The notes: generated from the sequence alone by a model not told the origin. Shown: positions 16,952-26,857, counted from the stretch's first letter. The stretch is 64,000 nucleotides of DNA from an uncultured Anaerolineales bacterium (GCA_964575455.1 CAZNRX010000016.1:445-64444); one strand, 5' to 3'. A program made the numbers and translations.

Positions 16952-18450
16952 CAGCCTTCTTCCTCGAGCATCGTCAGGAAGTCGAAACGTCGCAGGAAGG
17001 TCTGCTGATCCCAGCGCAGATCACGGGCCTGCCAGATGTGGACCACCTTGGTGGCCCCTGACTCCGTGAAGGTGAGCCGGTCCGGTCCCTCGACGTGCTG
17101 GAACGCCTCCTGGAGACGCTGTGTCACCAACTCGGGATCCAGGTAGTCCAAGGCCACGACCGTCGCGTCCTGGAGAGGAGGGATGCCCCAGATGCGGTAC
17201 TGGCCCCAGGCGGTGAAGGCGGGCCGCCTGGCGTGGTAACGGATCTGAGCTGCGATGCTGTAGTCGAGGGCGAAGATGGGGGCTGATTCCCGCTCGAGGA
17301 TCGCTCCCAGCGCCGGCCAACCTGCAGCGTCGCGTCGAATGGCGGGGACGATGCTGCTTCCAGGGAGGGGCGATGGCCCGCCCAGGCTGACGACCGTGCC
17401 GACGCCGAAGAGGGCCACCCCAAGGAGGAGGGGGGCGAACGCAACGGCTGCGACTCGGTGGAGCCCGGTCGCTGTCGCACGCGGCTTAGCTTCGCACGCT
17501 AGGCGGGTGCCGGCCAGCAGGAGCAGCGGCACGAGGCCTGTGCTCAGGTTACGGGGGCTGTTGATTGGGCTTACGGCGATGGGGATCAGCAGGAACAGGG
17601 CCAGAAGCGTCAGCAGGCGCTCCGCAGCGGTGCGCACCCGCCACAGACCCGCGGCGCCCAGCAGGATCAGCGGCCCGGTCAGGTAGACCCAGGCGTGACG
17701 CACATTCCCGAGCAGGCTCGCATGGTGTACAGCGGCCCGGGTCAGGTGGGAGAGCTGCCAGCGGAAGGATACCCAGTCGTGCCCCACGTTCCAGGCGACG
17801 ACGGGTGCCAAGCCCAGCGCCCCGACGCCAGCCCCGACCCAGAGCCTCGGCGTGCGAAGGAGGTGCCGGTGGTCAAGGAGCAGCGCCGCCGCGAGGGCCG
17901 TGGCGTAGACGTAGGCGCTGTACTTGGTGTTGAACAACAGCGCCAGGGTGAACCCAAACGCGAGCCCGTCGGCCACGCCGGCGTCCTCCCTCGCCATTCG
18001 CCAGAAGGCGAGGACGTTCAGCAGCATGAGGAACAGGGTCAGGGTATTGGTGTAGACGAAGCGGGAGGTGACGAGAAACGGCGCGCCCACCGCGACGGCG
18101 GCTGCCGCGAAGAGCCCTGCTCGGCGCGACAGTAGGCACTCCCCCACCAGCCAGGTGAGCACCACGCACACCACACCCGTCAGGGCGTTGAGCCAGCGTA
18201 TGCCAAATGGCGTGGAGCCGCCCAGCGCGGTGCTGGCTCGTATCAGGAGGGCGACGCCAGCCGGGTGGTCGTAGTAGGCCCAGGCAGGATGGAGGGACCA
18301 CAGCCAGTAGTAGCTCTCGTCGCCGATCATGGACATGGTGCTGAGGCCCAGGAGGCGCAGGGCCGAAGCAGCAGCCACGATCAGCAAGAGAGCCGGGATG
18401 GCGGTGGGGATTCTGCCCTGCTGGTCCCGTCGATCGGTTGGCTGAGTCAC
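16951..18450 (-). CDS. GT-C fold membrane glycosyltransferase (ArnT/PMT GT39/GT83-like)
   Basis: N-terminal multi-TM domain with the DE motif (IGDESYYW) typical of PMT_2/ArnT, followed by a C-terminal soluble domain. Confidence 0.75.
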   Translation of the reverse strand: MTQPTDRRDQQGRIPTAIPALLLIVAAASALRLLGLSTMSMIGDESYYWLWSLHPAWAYYDHPAGVALLIRASTALGGSTPFGIRWLNALTGVVCVVLTWLVGECLLSRRAGLFAAAAVAVGAPFLVTSRFVYTNTLTLFLMLLNVLAFWRMAREDAGVADGLAFGFTLALLFNTKYSAYVYATALAAALLLDHRHLLRTPRLWVGAGVGALGLAPVVAWNVGHDWVSFRWQLSHLTRAAVHHASLLGNVRHAWVYLTGPLILLGAAGLWRVRTAAERLLTLLALFLLIPIAVSPINSPRNLSTGLVPLLLLAGTRLACEAKPRATATGLHRVAAVAFAPLLLGVALFGVGTVVSLGGPSPLPGSSIVPAIRRDAAGWPALGAILERESAPIFALDYSIAAQIRYHARRPAFTAWGQYRIWGIPPLQDATVVALDYLDPELVTQRLQEAFQHVEGPDRLTFTESGATKVVHIWQARDLRWDQQTFLRRFDFLTMLEEEG

Positions 18451-19298
18451 GGCTTGACGCCCTCCTGCACGCGGATGGTGTACGTATAGGTGTCCCGCGG
18501 TGCGTCGACCGCGATGTCGATGCCCGACCAGGAGAGCGTGTAGAAGCCGAGCCAGTTGTACTGTCGATAGCGCTCCCGCCCCACGAAGCCCTGCTGCCCG
18601 GGCGGTGCCTCAACACAGAAGCGGATCCCGTGCGCGGGCGCCTCCCAGCAGCCGAAGGGCGCTGCCGTCTCCTCCCAGATGCCGACCTCGGCGGCGTTTG
18701 ACGCTTCGCCATCGGGGTTCACGTACCGGGTGAAGGCGCGAGCCCCTTGCTCGTTCATCAGGTAGGCCCGCTCCCAGTTGGCCTCAAGCCCGCTGAAGTC
18801 GACGGTGACGTCGATCGCGTCGGGCGGGCGGATCGTGTAGCTGAAGACCACCGTGCCCAAGGGGGCGACATCGGCATACTTCACGCGAAGCGGGCGCGTG
18901 GGACGGTCGACGACGTCAACGCGGTAGACCTTGACCATGGTGAGCCGTCCCCCGTGCCGGGCCACGGAGGTCGTGGCGTGCCGGGAGATGTGGGCAGCGC
19001 CATCAGCCTCGATGATGGGCAGGCCGAACCCGTAGCCTTCCTCGATCAGCTCCTGGCCCTCGTGGACGAGCACGAGGCCTTTCTGCAGCACGGCGATCTT
19101 GCCCACGTGGGGGCGGGTGGTGGTGTAGAGCCGGAGGTTCAGGGAGTCGGTCAGCCTTCCGTCAAGGGGGGCTGGCGACCGGACCACGAGGTCTTTGAGG
19201 TGGAGGGTGAGTCGCGGCGCGTATCGCTCCCGGACAGCGACCAGGAGCAGGAGAACGAGGACTAGAATGATCAGTGCGTAAGCCAGCCAGCGCCTCAT
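18447..19298 (-). CDS. membrane-anchored hypothetical protein
   Basis: Single N-terminal TM helix then a 250 aa extracytoplasmic domain. Its stop overlaps the downstream GT-C gene start in an ATGA junction. Confidence 0.55.
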   Translation of the reverse strand: MRRWLAYALIILVLVLLLLVAVRERYAPRLTLHLKDLVVRSPAPLDGRLTDSLNLRLYTTTRPHVGKIAVLQKGLVLVHEGQELIEEGYGFGLPIIEADGAAHISRHATTSVARHGGRLTMVKVYRVDVVDRPTRPLRVKYADVAPLGTVVFSYTIRPPDAIDVTVDFSGLEANWERAYLMNEQGARAFTRYVNPDGEASNAAEVGIWEETAAPFGCWEAPAHGIRFCVEAPPGQQGFVGRERYRQYNWLGFYTLSWSGIDIAVDAPRDTYTYTIRVQEGVKP

Positions 19299-19397
19299 AC
19301 CTCAGTCCCTCGTGTCAGCGATGTGCACGGGACGGCCACCTGTCTCGCTCCCAGGGCCGGTCGGATGACGGTGCCCTCACGCTGCGTGCATGAGGCA

Positions 19398-20738
19398 CTA
19401 TGGGACGGCTCCCGTGTGCCGAGGGTCGCGGTGGAACATCGGCCAAGCGCGACGGCCCAGCGGCCCAACGTTGCGCAGGAGATGGATGCCATTGTCCGCA
19501 CCCACCACGATGTCGGCACGTCCGTCTCCCTCCAGATCCCCAACCCAGGGTGAGGAGAAGACGTGCGCCCCCAGATTGTGCGGAAAGCCGGGAAGGAGCT
19601 CGGCCTGGGCTGTCCAACCATACAGGTTCCCATCCTTTGAGCCGACGACGATGTCGAGCGCGTCGTCTCCGTTCAGGTCGACGAGCGCGGCGGAGGAGAT
19701 GATCTGATCGTCGACCTGGATAGGCCATCCGGGAAGGGGGCGTCCGGCGTCGTCCCAGACGTAGATCCGCCCGTCCCAGCTGCCGACGACGATCTCGAAG
19801 GCGCCGTCCCCGTCGAGATCGGCCACGGCGGGCGAGGCCTCGATGGAGTGAACGTCGCCGCCCGGCGGATGCGGCGTCGGGGTCGGCCCTGAGATGACGC
19901 CTATGGTGCGCACCGGGAATCCCTCCCGGTCTCGCCCTCGTGCATCGACGACGTGGAGGTACCCGTCGTCGTCGCCGAGGATGATCCATCTCTCGCCGTT
20001 CTGGTCGAGGTCGGCCAGGGCAGGGGATGAATCGGAGTCTCGCGCCAGCATCATCGGGAACCCGGGAATCCGCTCCCCACGGGCACTCCCCCCGACCAGG
20101 GTCCAGGCTGTGAGCCAACCTTCTGACGGGTCGCCTCTCGTGAGGGAGGTGATGGCGAGCAGGTCCCCGTCGCTGGCGGCGGTGGCATCGGCCCATCCGT
20201 TCATCGGCTTGGGCCAGCCTGCGACGTTCTCTCCGCCGGCGTTGAGGAGAAACATGTGTTCGTCTCCACCGATGGCGAGCAGCGGGCCCTCCAGTACCGT
20301 GGGCGATGACCATATCTCTTCACCGCCCAGGTCGACAGGGAATCCAGTGACGGACGAGCCGTCGTGGTTCCAGCCGTATAGAAGGCCGCGGTCCGAACCG
20401 ACGATGATCTCCATCGCGCCGTCGAAATCCAGGTCCGCCAGAGCCGGGGAGGAGAAAAAGCCACGGCGGCTCCACTTGGGCCATCCCGGCAGATCGTGCA
20501 GGTCGGTGTCGAGGAGATAGAAGTGTCCATCCCAGGAGCCGACGGCAATCTCCATTCTCCCGTCTCCGTCGACGTCCCAGGCCACGGGCGAGGAGATGAC
20601 AGGGTCGCTGGTTGGCTTGAAGCGGTGGTCAGCTGCCAGGTTGCGCGGCGATCTGACCGGCGCGCGGCAGCTGACCAGGAGCATCGAGAGACCGATCAGC
20701 GCGGCTGCACGCAGAGGCCTAAGGCTCACGGTCTCCAT
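19398..20738 (-). CDS. FG-GAP/VCBS repeat beta-propeller lipoprotein
   Basis: Lipobox LVSC. Repeated A(D)LDGDG..E(I)(V)VGS motifs across at least 7 blades. Confidence 0.8.
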   Translation of the reverse strand: METVSLRPLRAAALIGLSMLLVSCRAPVRSPRNLAADHRFKPTSDPVISSPVAWDVDGDGRMEIAVGSWDGHFYLLDTDLHDLPGWPKWSRRGFFSSPALADLDFDGAMEIIVGSDRGLLYGWNHDGSSVTGFPVDLGGEEIWSSPTVLEGPLLAIGGDEHMFLLNAGGENVAGWPKPMNGWADATAASDGDLLAITSLTRGDPSEGWLTAWTLVGGSARGERIPGFPMMLARDSDSSPALADLDQNGERWIILGDDDGYLHVVDARGRDREGFPVRTIGVISGPTPTPHPPGGDVHSIEASPAVADLDGDGAFEIVVGSWDGRIYVWDDAGRPLPGWPIQVDDQIISSAALVDLNGDDALDIVVGSKDGNLYGWTAQAELLPGFPHNLGAHVFSSPWVGDLEGDGRADIVVGADNGIHLLRNVGPLGRRAWPMFHRDPRHTGAVP

Positions 20739-20773
20739 CGCTCCTGAACGATATGACGGTCATCATGGGTGGG

Positions 20774-22246
20774 TCATCCTTTCCCACCACCCGGTTCCGG
20801 CGCCGCGATGAATGGAAGAGAGGTATGAGCGGCGAGGAGACCGAAGACGGTGGCGGCATACCAGCTGTTGGTCGGGAAGAGGGCAACGTCGAAGAGGCCG
20901 GCGATCAGCATAGCGATCCACGGTGCCCAGGCCGGGGACTGCGGGCGGCTGAGGCCGCTCAGAACCAGCCAGATCCAGAGGGCGGCCCCTGGCAGGCCGA
21001 GCTCGGCCGCGGTCAGGAGGGGGACGTTGTGCACGGTGCGTGAATCGGTCTCGATGGCGCGCACAGCGACCAGGTAGTTGTTCACCCCCACGCCTCGCCA
21101 GGGATGCTGCCTGATCAGCCGCAGGGCCAGGTTCGCATCCACCTGTCGGTCTGAGACCGAGCGCGCCTCGATGGGCGTCTCCAGGTGCAGGAAGCGGCTG
21201 GCGACCAGGTCGTGGTAGAGCAATAGGAAGAGCAAGGCGAGCACGACGGGCACGACAAACTGGACGGGTTGTCTCAGCGTCTCGACGAGGCCGCGGAGGG
21301 ATCTCTTCCCCTCGGGGCCGCATGGGGTGCGACGGTGAAGGGACCTGTGCAGCAACCACGCCAACAGGCCAACGCCGAAGGCGAGCCAGGCGCTGCGCGA
21401 GAACGTGACCAGTAGGCCAAGGAGCCCAGCGCTGGCGACCAGTGCAAACCAGGCCTGTGCCCAACCGCGCGCTTTGGCGATGTCGCTTCGCTTACTCTTC
21501 TTATGGCGGATGTCGCTTTGCTTACCCTCTTTATGGCGGATGTCGCTTCGCTTCCCTTTCATCGTGGCGTCGTCGATTATGATAAGCAGCGAGATCGAAA
21601 GCACCGCGCCGAGGAGATTGGGGTGACCGCTGAGGCCATAGGCACGAAGCCAACGTTGGCCGCGGGCGAAGAGCACACAAACGCCAGAGCGCTCCGGGTC
21701 CAGCGTGGGCTCCCCCAGCGCGCTGAGCCCCAGGTCTCCCTGGAACGCAAACTGGCCCAGTGCGACGCTGCTCTGGATTGCGATCACAAGTGTAAGCGGA
21801 ATCGTCAGGCTTGGGGCCTCGTTGACGATGAACAGATAGACCCACCAGAGCAGGCCGAGCGAGAGGATGACGACCACGGTGCGCTGGTTGAGGGCAGGTT
21901 CGAGGCTGAGCAGCATCAGCAAGGTGAGCCCGGCCAGGGGAAGCGTGATGCCGGGCCTGCCCCAGCGCCAGGGTCGCGAGGGACGTTCGCAGACGCGAGC
22001 GACGAACCATGCGATGAGGGCCAGCCCGGGCACCAGGACAAGCGGCCCCAAGGCCACCGGTGCCTCATCGATGCCGGGGACCTGGACGATGGGCAGCCAG
22101 TTGAGTGGGCCCCTGGTGGGCGAGGGAAAGATGAGGGTCAGTGTGATGAAGGTGAGGAAGAGACCCTGCTTGGCTCTGTTGAAAAGCGCCGTGCGGCGGG
22201 CCTGGTTGGGCGGCCTGGGGGACGCGTCAGCCTGGATTGTTCTCAC
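20774..22246 (-). CDS. O-antigen ligase/polymerase family (Wzy_C) membrane protein
   Basis: Multi-TM protein with the Wzy_C signature region (RSAWLAFGVGLLAWLL). Contains an in-frame 30 bp x3 tandem repeat. Confidence 0.75.
   Translation of the reverse strand: MRTIQADASPRPPNQARRTALFNRAKQGLFLTFITLTLIFPSPTRGPLNWLPIVQVPGIDEAPVALGPLVLVPGLALIAWFVARVCERPSRPWRWGRPGITLPLAGLTLLMLLSLEPALNQRTVVVILSLGLLWWVYLFIVNEAPSLTIPLTLVIAIQSSVALGQFAFQGDLGLSALGEPTLDPERSGVCVLFARGQRWLRAYGLSGHPNLLGAVLSISLLIIIDDATMKGKRSDIRHKEGKQSDIRHKKSKRSDIAKARGWAQAWFALVASAGLLGLLVTFSRSAWLAFGVGLLAWLLHRSLHRRTPCGPEGKRSLRGLVETLRQPVQFVVPVVLALLFLLLYHDLVASRFLHLETPIEARSVSDRQVDANLALRLIRQHPWRGVGVNNYLVAVRAIETDSRTVHNVPLLTAAELGLPGAALWIWLVLSGLSRPQSPAWAPWIAMLIAGLFDVALFPTNSWYAATVFGLLAAHTSLPFIAAPEPGGGKG
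21478..21568. repeat. 30 bp imperfect tandem repeat x3 inside the ligase CDS
   Basis: GATGTCGCTTCGCTTACTCTTCTTATGGCG / GATGTCGCTTTGCTTACCCTCTTTATGGCG / GATGTCGCTTCGCTTCCCTTTCATCGTGGCG, encoding K/R-rich decapeptides (KRSDIRHKEG...). Confidence 0.8.
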
Positions 22247-22247
22247 C

Positions 22248-23735
22248 TCATCCTTTCACCGTGGGCTGAAAACGGGATGTGACGGCGCCAGGGAGTCGCG
22301 CGATGGCGTTCACCAGGAGGCGGTCGCGCCACAGTCCCAGCCTAGCCTTCATCCGGTCCAGGTGCGAGGCCTGTTCGCCATCCTTCAGGCGCGCGTCGCG
22401 CCACTCACTGTGGAGCCAGCGGATGACGCGGCGGTAGAACAGCGTGCTGAAGCGTCCACGCTCAAACAGCACACGATTTTCGGCGGTGTGCGTCCAATCT
22501 GGCGCGTGCTGGCCCTCGAACGTGAGACGGTCGCGCACCTCCTCATAGAACGGCGTGCCCGGCAGGGGGTAGGCGATGGTGGTGCTGAATTCGTCGGGGC
22601 GCGTGCGCCGCAGCAGGCTCACGGAGCGCTCCAGGTCTGACCACGTCTCGCCTGGATAGCCGACCATCATGTAGAAGTAGGTCTGGATGCCGAGCCGCCG
22701 GCAGAGCTCGGCGGCTTGATCGATCTGCTCGACCGTGATGCCCTTGTTCATGGCGTCGAGCACGGCCTGCGATCCGGACTCCGCGCCGAAGTGGATGCGA
22801 CGACAGCCGACGTCCTTCAGCAGGCGGGCCATCTCCTCGTCCATGAGGTCGACGCGGCTGAGGCATTCGAAAGGGATCACGGCTGTAGGGACAGCCGCAT
22901 CCCTCTCGAGCAGGGCGTCGTGCCAGGCGTACACCCAGTCGCGATCGATGCCCATGACGTCGTCGACGATGCGGATCTGGTCGGGCTGGTGGTCTCGCTT
23001 GATGAGCGCCATCTCGTCGGCCACAGACTGCGGCGAGCGCGGGCGGAAACTGCGCCCGAAGACGCTCTTCTGACACCAACTGCAGCTGTAGGGGCAGCCG
23101 CGGGTGGCGATGATCGAAAGGGAGAAGTAGCCGTGTGCACTCCGCCACGCCTGACGGTATCGCTCGATGTCAAGGAGATCCCGGGCGGGGAAAGGCAGGC
23201 GGTCGACGTCCTGGATCAGGAGGCGTCTCGGAGTTTGGACCATCTGCCCCGTCTGGTCGCGGTAGGCCACGCCCTGCACCTCGCCCAGCGCAGCGGGGAT
23301 ATCGTCCCCGTCAAGCAAGGGGGGCAGAAGCTCCAGGATGGTCTCCTCTCCCTCTCCCACGACGACGACATCGACCGAAAAACGACCTTGGGCCTGGTGC
23401 TGCAGGTAGAGATCGGGGCGAGCGGTGGGATCAGCCCCGCCCACAATCACGGTAGCTCCCCATCCCTTGGCCAGAGCTGCCAGACGAAGCGCCGCCTCTC
23501 GGACGGTGGCCAGGATCGCCAGACCCACGATCTGAGGGCGCTCTCGGTCCAGGGCCTTGAGGAAGGCGTCGTCGTCCTCGGCAAACATGGCGTCGAAGAT
23601 GGTCACGTCGTATCCGGCCTCGCGGGCGGTTCCCGCGAGATAGAGCAGCCCTAGCGGAAAATAGGGCGTCATGAGGCGTGACTCCACCGGGTCGCTGTGC
23701 AGAAAGAGCGGGTTCACCAGCATTAGGTCAGACAT
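22248..23735 (-). CDS. B12-binding domain radical SAM enzyme (class B)
   Basis: N-terminal cobalamin-binding Rossmann region (VGLAILATV..VIVGG) followed by a radical SAM core with CPYSCSWC. Start taken at the internal ATG (MSDLMLVNP). Confidence 0.8.
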   Translation of the reverse strand: MSDLMLVNPLFLHSDPVESRLMTPYFPLGLLYLAGTAREAGYDVTIFDAMFAEDDDAFLKALDRERPQIVGLAILATVREAALRLAALAKGWGATVIVGGADPTARPDLYLQHQAQGRFSVDVVVVGEGEETILELLPPLLDGDDIPAALGEVQGVAYRDQTGQMVQTPRRLLIQDVDRLPFPARDLLDIERYRQAWRSAHGYFSLSIIATRGCPYSCSWCQKSVFGRSFRPRSPQSVADEMALIKRDHQPDQIRIVDDVMGIDRDWVYAWHDALLERDAAVPTAVIPFECLSRVDLMDEEMARLLKDVGCRRIHFGAESGSQAVLDAMNKGITVEQIDQAAELCRRLGIQTYFYMMVGYPGETWSDLERSVSLLRRTRPDEFSTTIAYPLPGTPFYEEVRDRLTFEGQHAPDWTHTAENRVLFERGRFSTLFYRRVIRWLHSEWRDARLKDGEQASHLDRMKARLGLWRDRLLVNAIARLPGAVTSRFQPTVKG

Positions 23736-24708
23736 AGGCTCCCATTCCAGGCAGTGTCTTGTCGTCGTTGGTCGACGGATCCGCCAGGGCGCGCAGGCGC
23801 TCGTCGAAGGACGCCAGAATGACCTGCTCATTGCTCTCGAAATGGCCCTTGCAGCGGTCGACACTGAAGCAGGCCGTGTCCGTGCCCCCTCCCTGCTTGG
23901 CGAAGCGGCGGATCTTGCGTCTTCGCTCGAAGCGCTCCAGCTGACCGCCCACAAACGTGCCCAGCGCGATCTCGGCCAGCGAGCGTGCGGAGGAGCGCGA
24001 GGCCGCGAATGGCTCGAACGGTCGAGGCAGTCCGGTCGCGTTTGGGAGGAAACGCGTCGTCCAACGGTTGGCCGCTCGTATGCGGTGATAGATGTCCAGG
24101 CCTGCCAGCGGCACCATCTGTGCCAGCTCGTGAGCGACGTACAGGTTCTGCTCTGCGAAGTCGAACGCGTGCTCGGAGAGCAGGTAGTTGGGGCACACCT
24201 CGTGACCGCGTCGTGCGGCGGGCTTGACCACCAAGCCAATGACCATGGCCCGGGTGAGCCAGAGCCGACCGGGTGCTGTGACGATCAGGAAATCGACGTC
24301 ATCGCCAGGGAGCACGTTGCCCACGGCCAGGGCTCCGGTGAGCATGACGGCTCGCACGAACGGCAGGGCGGCGATCGCCTGTCCGTAGCGCAAAGCAAGG
24401 GGCCACATCTGAGCTGCGACCTCTGCCCGGCGTCGACGCAGGTTCACCACCTCCCTACGGTGGGGGAGCGTGACATAGGCGCCGTGCCGCTCCAATCTCC
24501 CGCTCGCCCAGGACTCATTGTCCAGCGCACGAAGAACACGGTCGCGATCCGTCTCCAGACCGAGGAGGTATCGGTGGATCTGAGAGGGCGTTAGAGGGTA
24601 GTCAAAGACGTCAGCGTAGGCCAGCGTGCACAGGATCGCCAGATCAAGCTGATCGAGCGTTGGGTCCGTCCAGATTGACTCGGCGTCAGGAATGCCTCGT
24701 GATTCCAT
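23728..24708 (-). CDS. hypothetical protein with nucleotidyltransferase (Pol-beta superfamily) fold signature
   Basis: hG[GS]-x9-DhD-like motif TGALAVGNVLPGDDVDFLIV. Overlaps the radical SAM start by 8 nt. Confidence 0.5.
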   Translation of the reverse strand: MESRGIPDAESIWTDPTLDQLDLAILCTLAYADVFDYPLTPSQIHRYLLGLETDRDRVLRALDNESWASGRLERHGAYVTLPHRREVVNLRRRRAEVAAQMWPLALRYGQAIAALPFVRAVMLTGALAVGNVLPGDDVDFLIVTAPGRLWLTRAMVIGLVVKPAARRGHEVCPNYLLSEHAFDFAEQNLYVAHELAQMVPLAGLDIYHRIRAANRWTTRFLPNATGLPRPFEPFAASRSSARSLAEIALGTFVGGQLERFERRRKIRRFAKQGGGTDTACFSVDRCKGHFESNEQVILASFDERLRALADPSTNDDKTLPGMGAYV

Positions 24709-24804
24709 GGATCCAATTCCTGGCTATGACTAGAAGCCCAGACTGACGGTGATGGGAGTATAGCACCGATCTATCGTTTGAAAAAGGGATGGCGCTTCTC
24801 CTAA

Positions 24805-25698
24805 CTACGCCAAGAACAAGCCCACGGCCATAAGGACCGGAGTCACAATGCAGATGAGGACGTTGAGCTTCAGGTAGGGCACCAGCTTATCCGTGTGCTC
24901 TGCCTGGCGGTATGCCCCGATGGCGGTGGGCACCGCCGCGAGCAGCATGACCAAGGCCACGAGAGTGGCGAGTGGCAGCAGTCCGAGTGAGACGCCCGCG
25001 ACGATAGCCAGGAAAGCGAGCAGCATGAAGGATCCATATATCAGGCTGCTGGGCCGGCGACCGATGACGATGGGATAGTGCCTTCTGGCGACGATCCTGT
25101 CCGCGTCCACGTCGGGGAACTGGTTCAACAACAGAAGGTTGTTCACGAGAAGGAAGGGGACGAGCGATGCTGTGAAGGCCGTCCAGGAATAGGACCCTGT
25201 CAGCACGAAGTCCGTACCCATCACCATCAGGAGCCCGAACCCGAGACCAGGGGCAATCAGGCAGAGGATAGGGAGCTTGGCCAGCCAGGGGGTGTAGGTC
25301 ACCACGATCAGCAGGCCAAGAAGACCCAGCGGCAGGAGCTCCCAGCCCCTGATCCAGACGAAGAGCAGGCCGATGCCAGCGGTCACCACCAAGGTTATCA
25401 GGCCCAGGGCCAGCACCTGGCGGGCCAGATCGGGTTGGGCGGGCAGCGTTCCGCTCCCGCCGCTGAAAGGCGTTCGGTTGGTGTGGAAATCCAATTCGCT
25501 CTTGAAGTCGAAGTACTCGTTGAGGGTGTCGACGCTGATGTGGGCGCATAGCGCGCCGACGAGCGCCAGGACCACGTAGAGCGCGTTTACGTGCCCAGAT
25601 GTCCAGACAGCGGTGCCGATCCCCAGAAGCGCGCAGGCCGGCGTCAGAATCAGGAACGGCGGCCGCGTTGTAGCTAGGAGATGCTTGAATCTGCTCAT
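24805..25698 (-). CDS. UbiA-family prenyltransferase
   Basis: Nine TM helices with Asp-rich motifs NEYFDFKSELD and DVDADR. Confidence 0.8.
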   Translation of the reverse strand: MSRFKHLLATTRPPFLILTPACALLGIGTAVWTSGHVNALYVVLALVGALCAHISVDTLNEYFDFKSELDFHTNRTPFSGGSGTLPAQPDLARQVLALGLITLVVTAGIGLLFVWIRGWELLPLGLLGLLIVVTYTPWLAKLPILCLIAPGLGFGLLMVMGTDFVLTGSYSWTAFTASLVPFLLVNNLLLLNQFPDVDADRIVARRHYPIVIGRRPSSLIYGSFMLLAFLAIVAGVSLGLLPLATLVALVMLLAAVPTAIGAYRQAEHTDKLVPYLKLNVLICIVTPVLMAVGLFLA

Positions 25699-25835
25699 AT
25701 CGAGTCCTATCCATAAGTGACGCAGCGAGCGTCAGATCGTGAGGCGGCTGGGCTAGATTGTATCACGTCTGAGAGATTATGCCCAAAGGTATAGGCCTAC
25801 CCGTGCACTTGCTCTGTCTCTTTGACGGGTCATGC

Positions 25836-25864
25836 TTGGCAGGAAGTGGACAGTGTTGTACAAT
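25836..25864 (+). promoter_or_regulatory. candidate sigma70 promoter of the response regulator gene
   Basis: TTGGCA - 17 bp - TACAAT, about 50 bp upstream of the ATG. Confidence 0.4.
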
Positions 25865-25916
25865 GGACTGACAAGCTAGGGGGCCGAACAGAGGTGATTG
25901 AGGGGAGCAAGCTTGC

Positions 25917-26669
25917 ATGGCTGAGACCTTAAAGACGTTGGTAGTGGATGACGAGCAAGGGATTCGTTTCTTTCTGGAGAAGACGCTGACGAAGGCGGGT
26001 CACACTGTGACCACCGCTGCCAGCGGCGAGCAGGCTCTCGGAGCGCTGCGCGACAGGAGATTCGACCTGATGCTGCTGGATCTCAGGCTGGGAGGGCGGG
26101 TCGATGGATTGCGGGTTTTGAAGGCTGTGCGATGGCGTTGGCCGTCGACCATCGTCATTATGCTGACCGCTCACGGGTCGCTTGAGTCAGCTCAGGCGGC
26201 GATTGAGGAGGGCGTGGATGGCTATCTGCTGAAGCCAGTCGAGCCCAGCCAGGTCCGCGAAGCGGTCGAGGAGGCGCTTGAGAGACGCGAGCGCGTGGTG
26301 GAGTCTCACGTCGAGACGAAGGCCCAAGAGAAGCACATGCAGGTGGGGCCTTTCTTTGTCGACCGCGAGAAGTACGTCGCCATGTTCAAGGGAGAATCCC
26401 TGGATCTGACGCGTCGTGAGTTCAGGCTTCTGGTCCATTTGATGGACAACACGCAGCGGGTCGTTCCCCCTCCGGAGCTGGTGCGCGTGACGCGTGACTA
26501 TGACCCCGAGGATATACAGGAGGCGCGCGACATCATCAAGTGGTACATCCACCGACTGCGCCAGAAGGTGGAGCCGGATCCGTCCAACCCGCGCTACATC
26601 GTGAACGTGCGGGGCGTCGGGTATCGGTTCGTGGATAGCGGTTCACCGGCGTCCTCGTCGACCTCGTAG
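25917..26669 (+). CDS. OmpR/PhoB-family response regulator
   Basis: Receiver domain (DDEQ...D54-like LDLRL...K) followed by a winged-helix trans_reg_C domain (RVGYRF-like GVGYRF). Confidence 0.9.
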   Translation: MAETLKTLVVDDEQGIRFFLEKTLTKAGHTVTTAASGEQALGALRDRRFDLMLLDLRLGGRVDGLRVLKAVRWRWPSTIVIMLTAHGSLESAQAAIEEGVDGYLLKPVEPSQVREAVEEALERRERVVESHVETKAQEKHMQVGPFFVDREKYVAMFKGESLDLTRREFRLLVHLMDNTQRVVPPPELVRVTRDYDPEDIQEARDIIKWYIHRLRQKVEPDPSNPRYIVNVRGVGYRFVDSGSPASSSTS

Positions 26670-26809
26670 GTCGCTCGCTCGTTGCGGGGTGACGTCCGGT
26701 TTCGACCTAGAGGCGGGGGTGACACACCCTCTTTGAGCTTGTTTGCGGGTGGCTCAGGCCGTTTGAGCCTAGATGCGGGGGTGGGTTGGGCACCGGGTCG
26801 ACACAGTCA

Positions 26810-26857
26810 CCAACGAAACTCCAACTGTTTCCAACCTGATCCAACCCGAGCCCCAAC
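26810..26857 (+). promoter_or_regulatory. helically phased CCAAC direct repeats
   Basis: CCAAC at about 26810, 26821, 26831, 26841 and 26853, spaced 10-11 bp, between the response regulator and the MgtC-like gene. Confidence 0.35.

Noticed and set aside
19315-20313. 332 aa Arg-rich minus-strand ORF
   Set aside because: An alternative frame of the FG-GAP lipoprotein gene with about 30% Arg and no motifs; spurious.
23736-24239. N-terminal 168 aa extension of the radical SAM ORF
   Set aside because: Ser/Thr/Arg-rich shadow of the upstream gene. The B12-binding domain starts at MSDLMLVNP.
22248-25698. Interpretation of the B12-radical SAM plus UbiA pair as bchE/bchG (bacteriochlorophyll)
   Set aside because: No other photosynthesis genes are present. 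The UbiA motifs (NEYFDFKSELD) fit MenA/UbiA/DPPR-synthase types better, and the context is envelope glycan genes.
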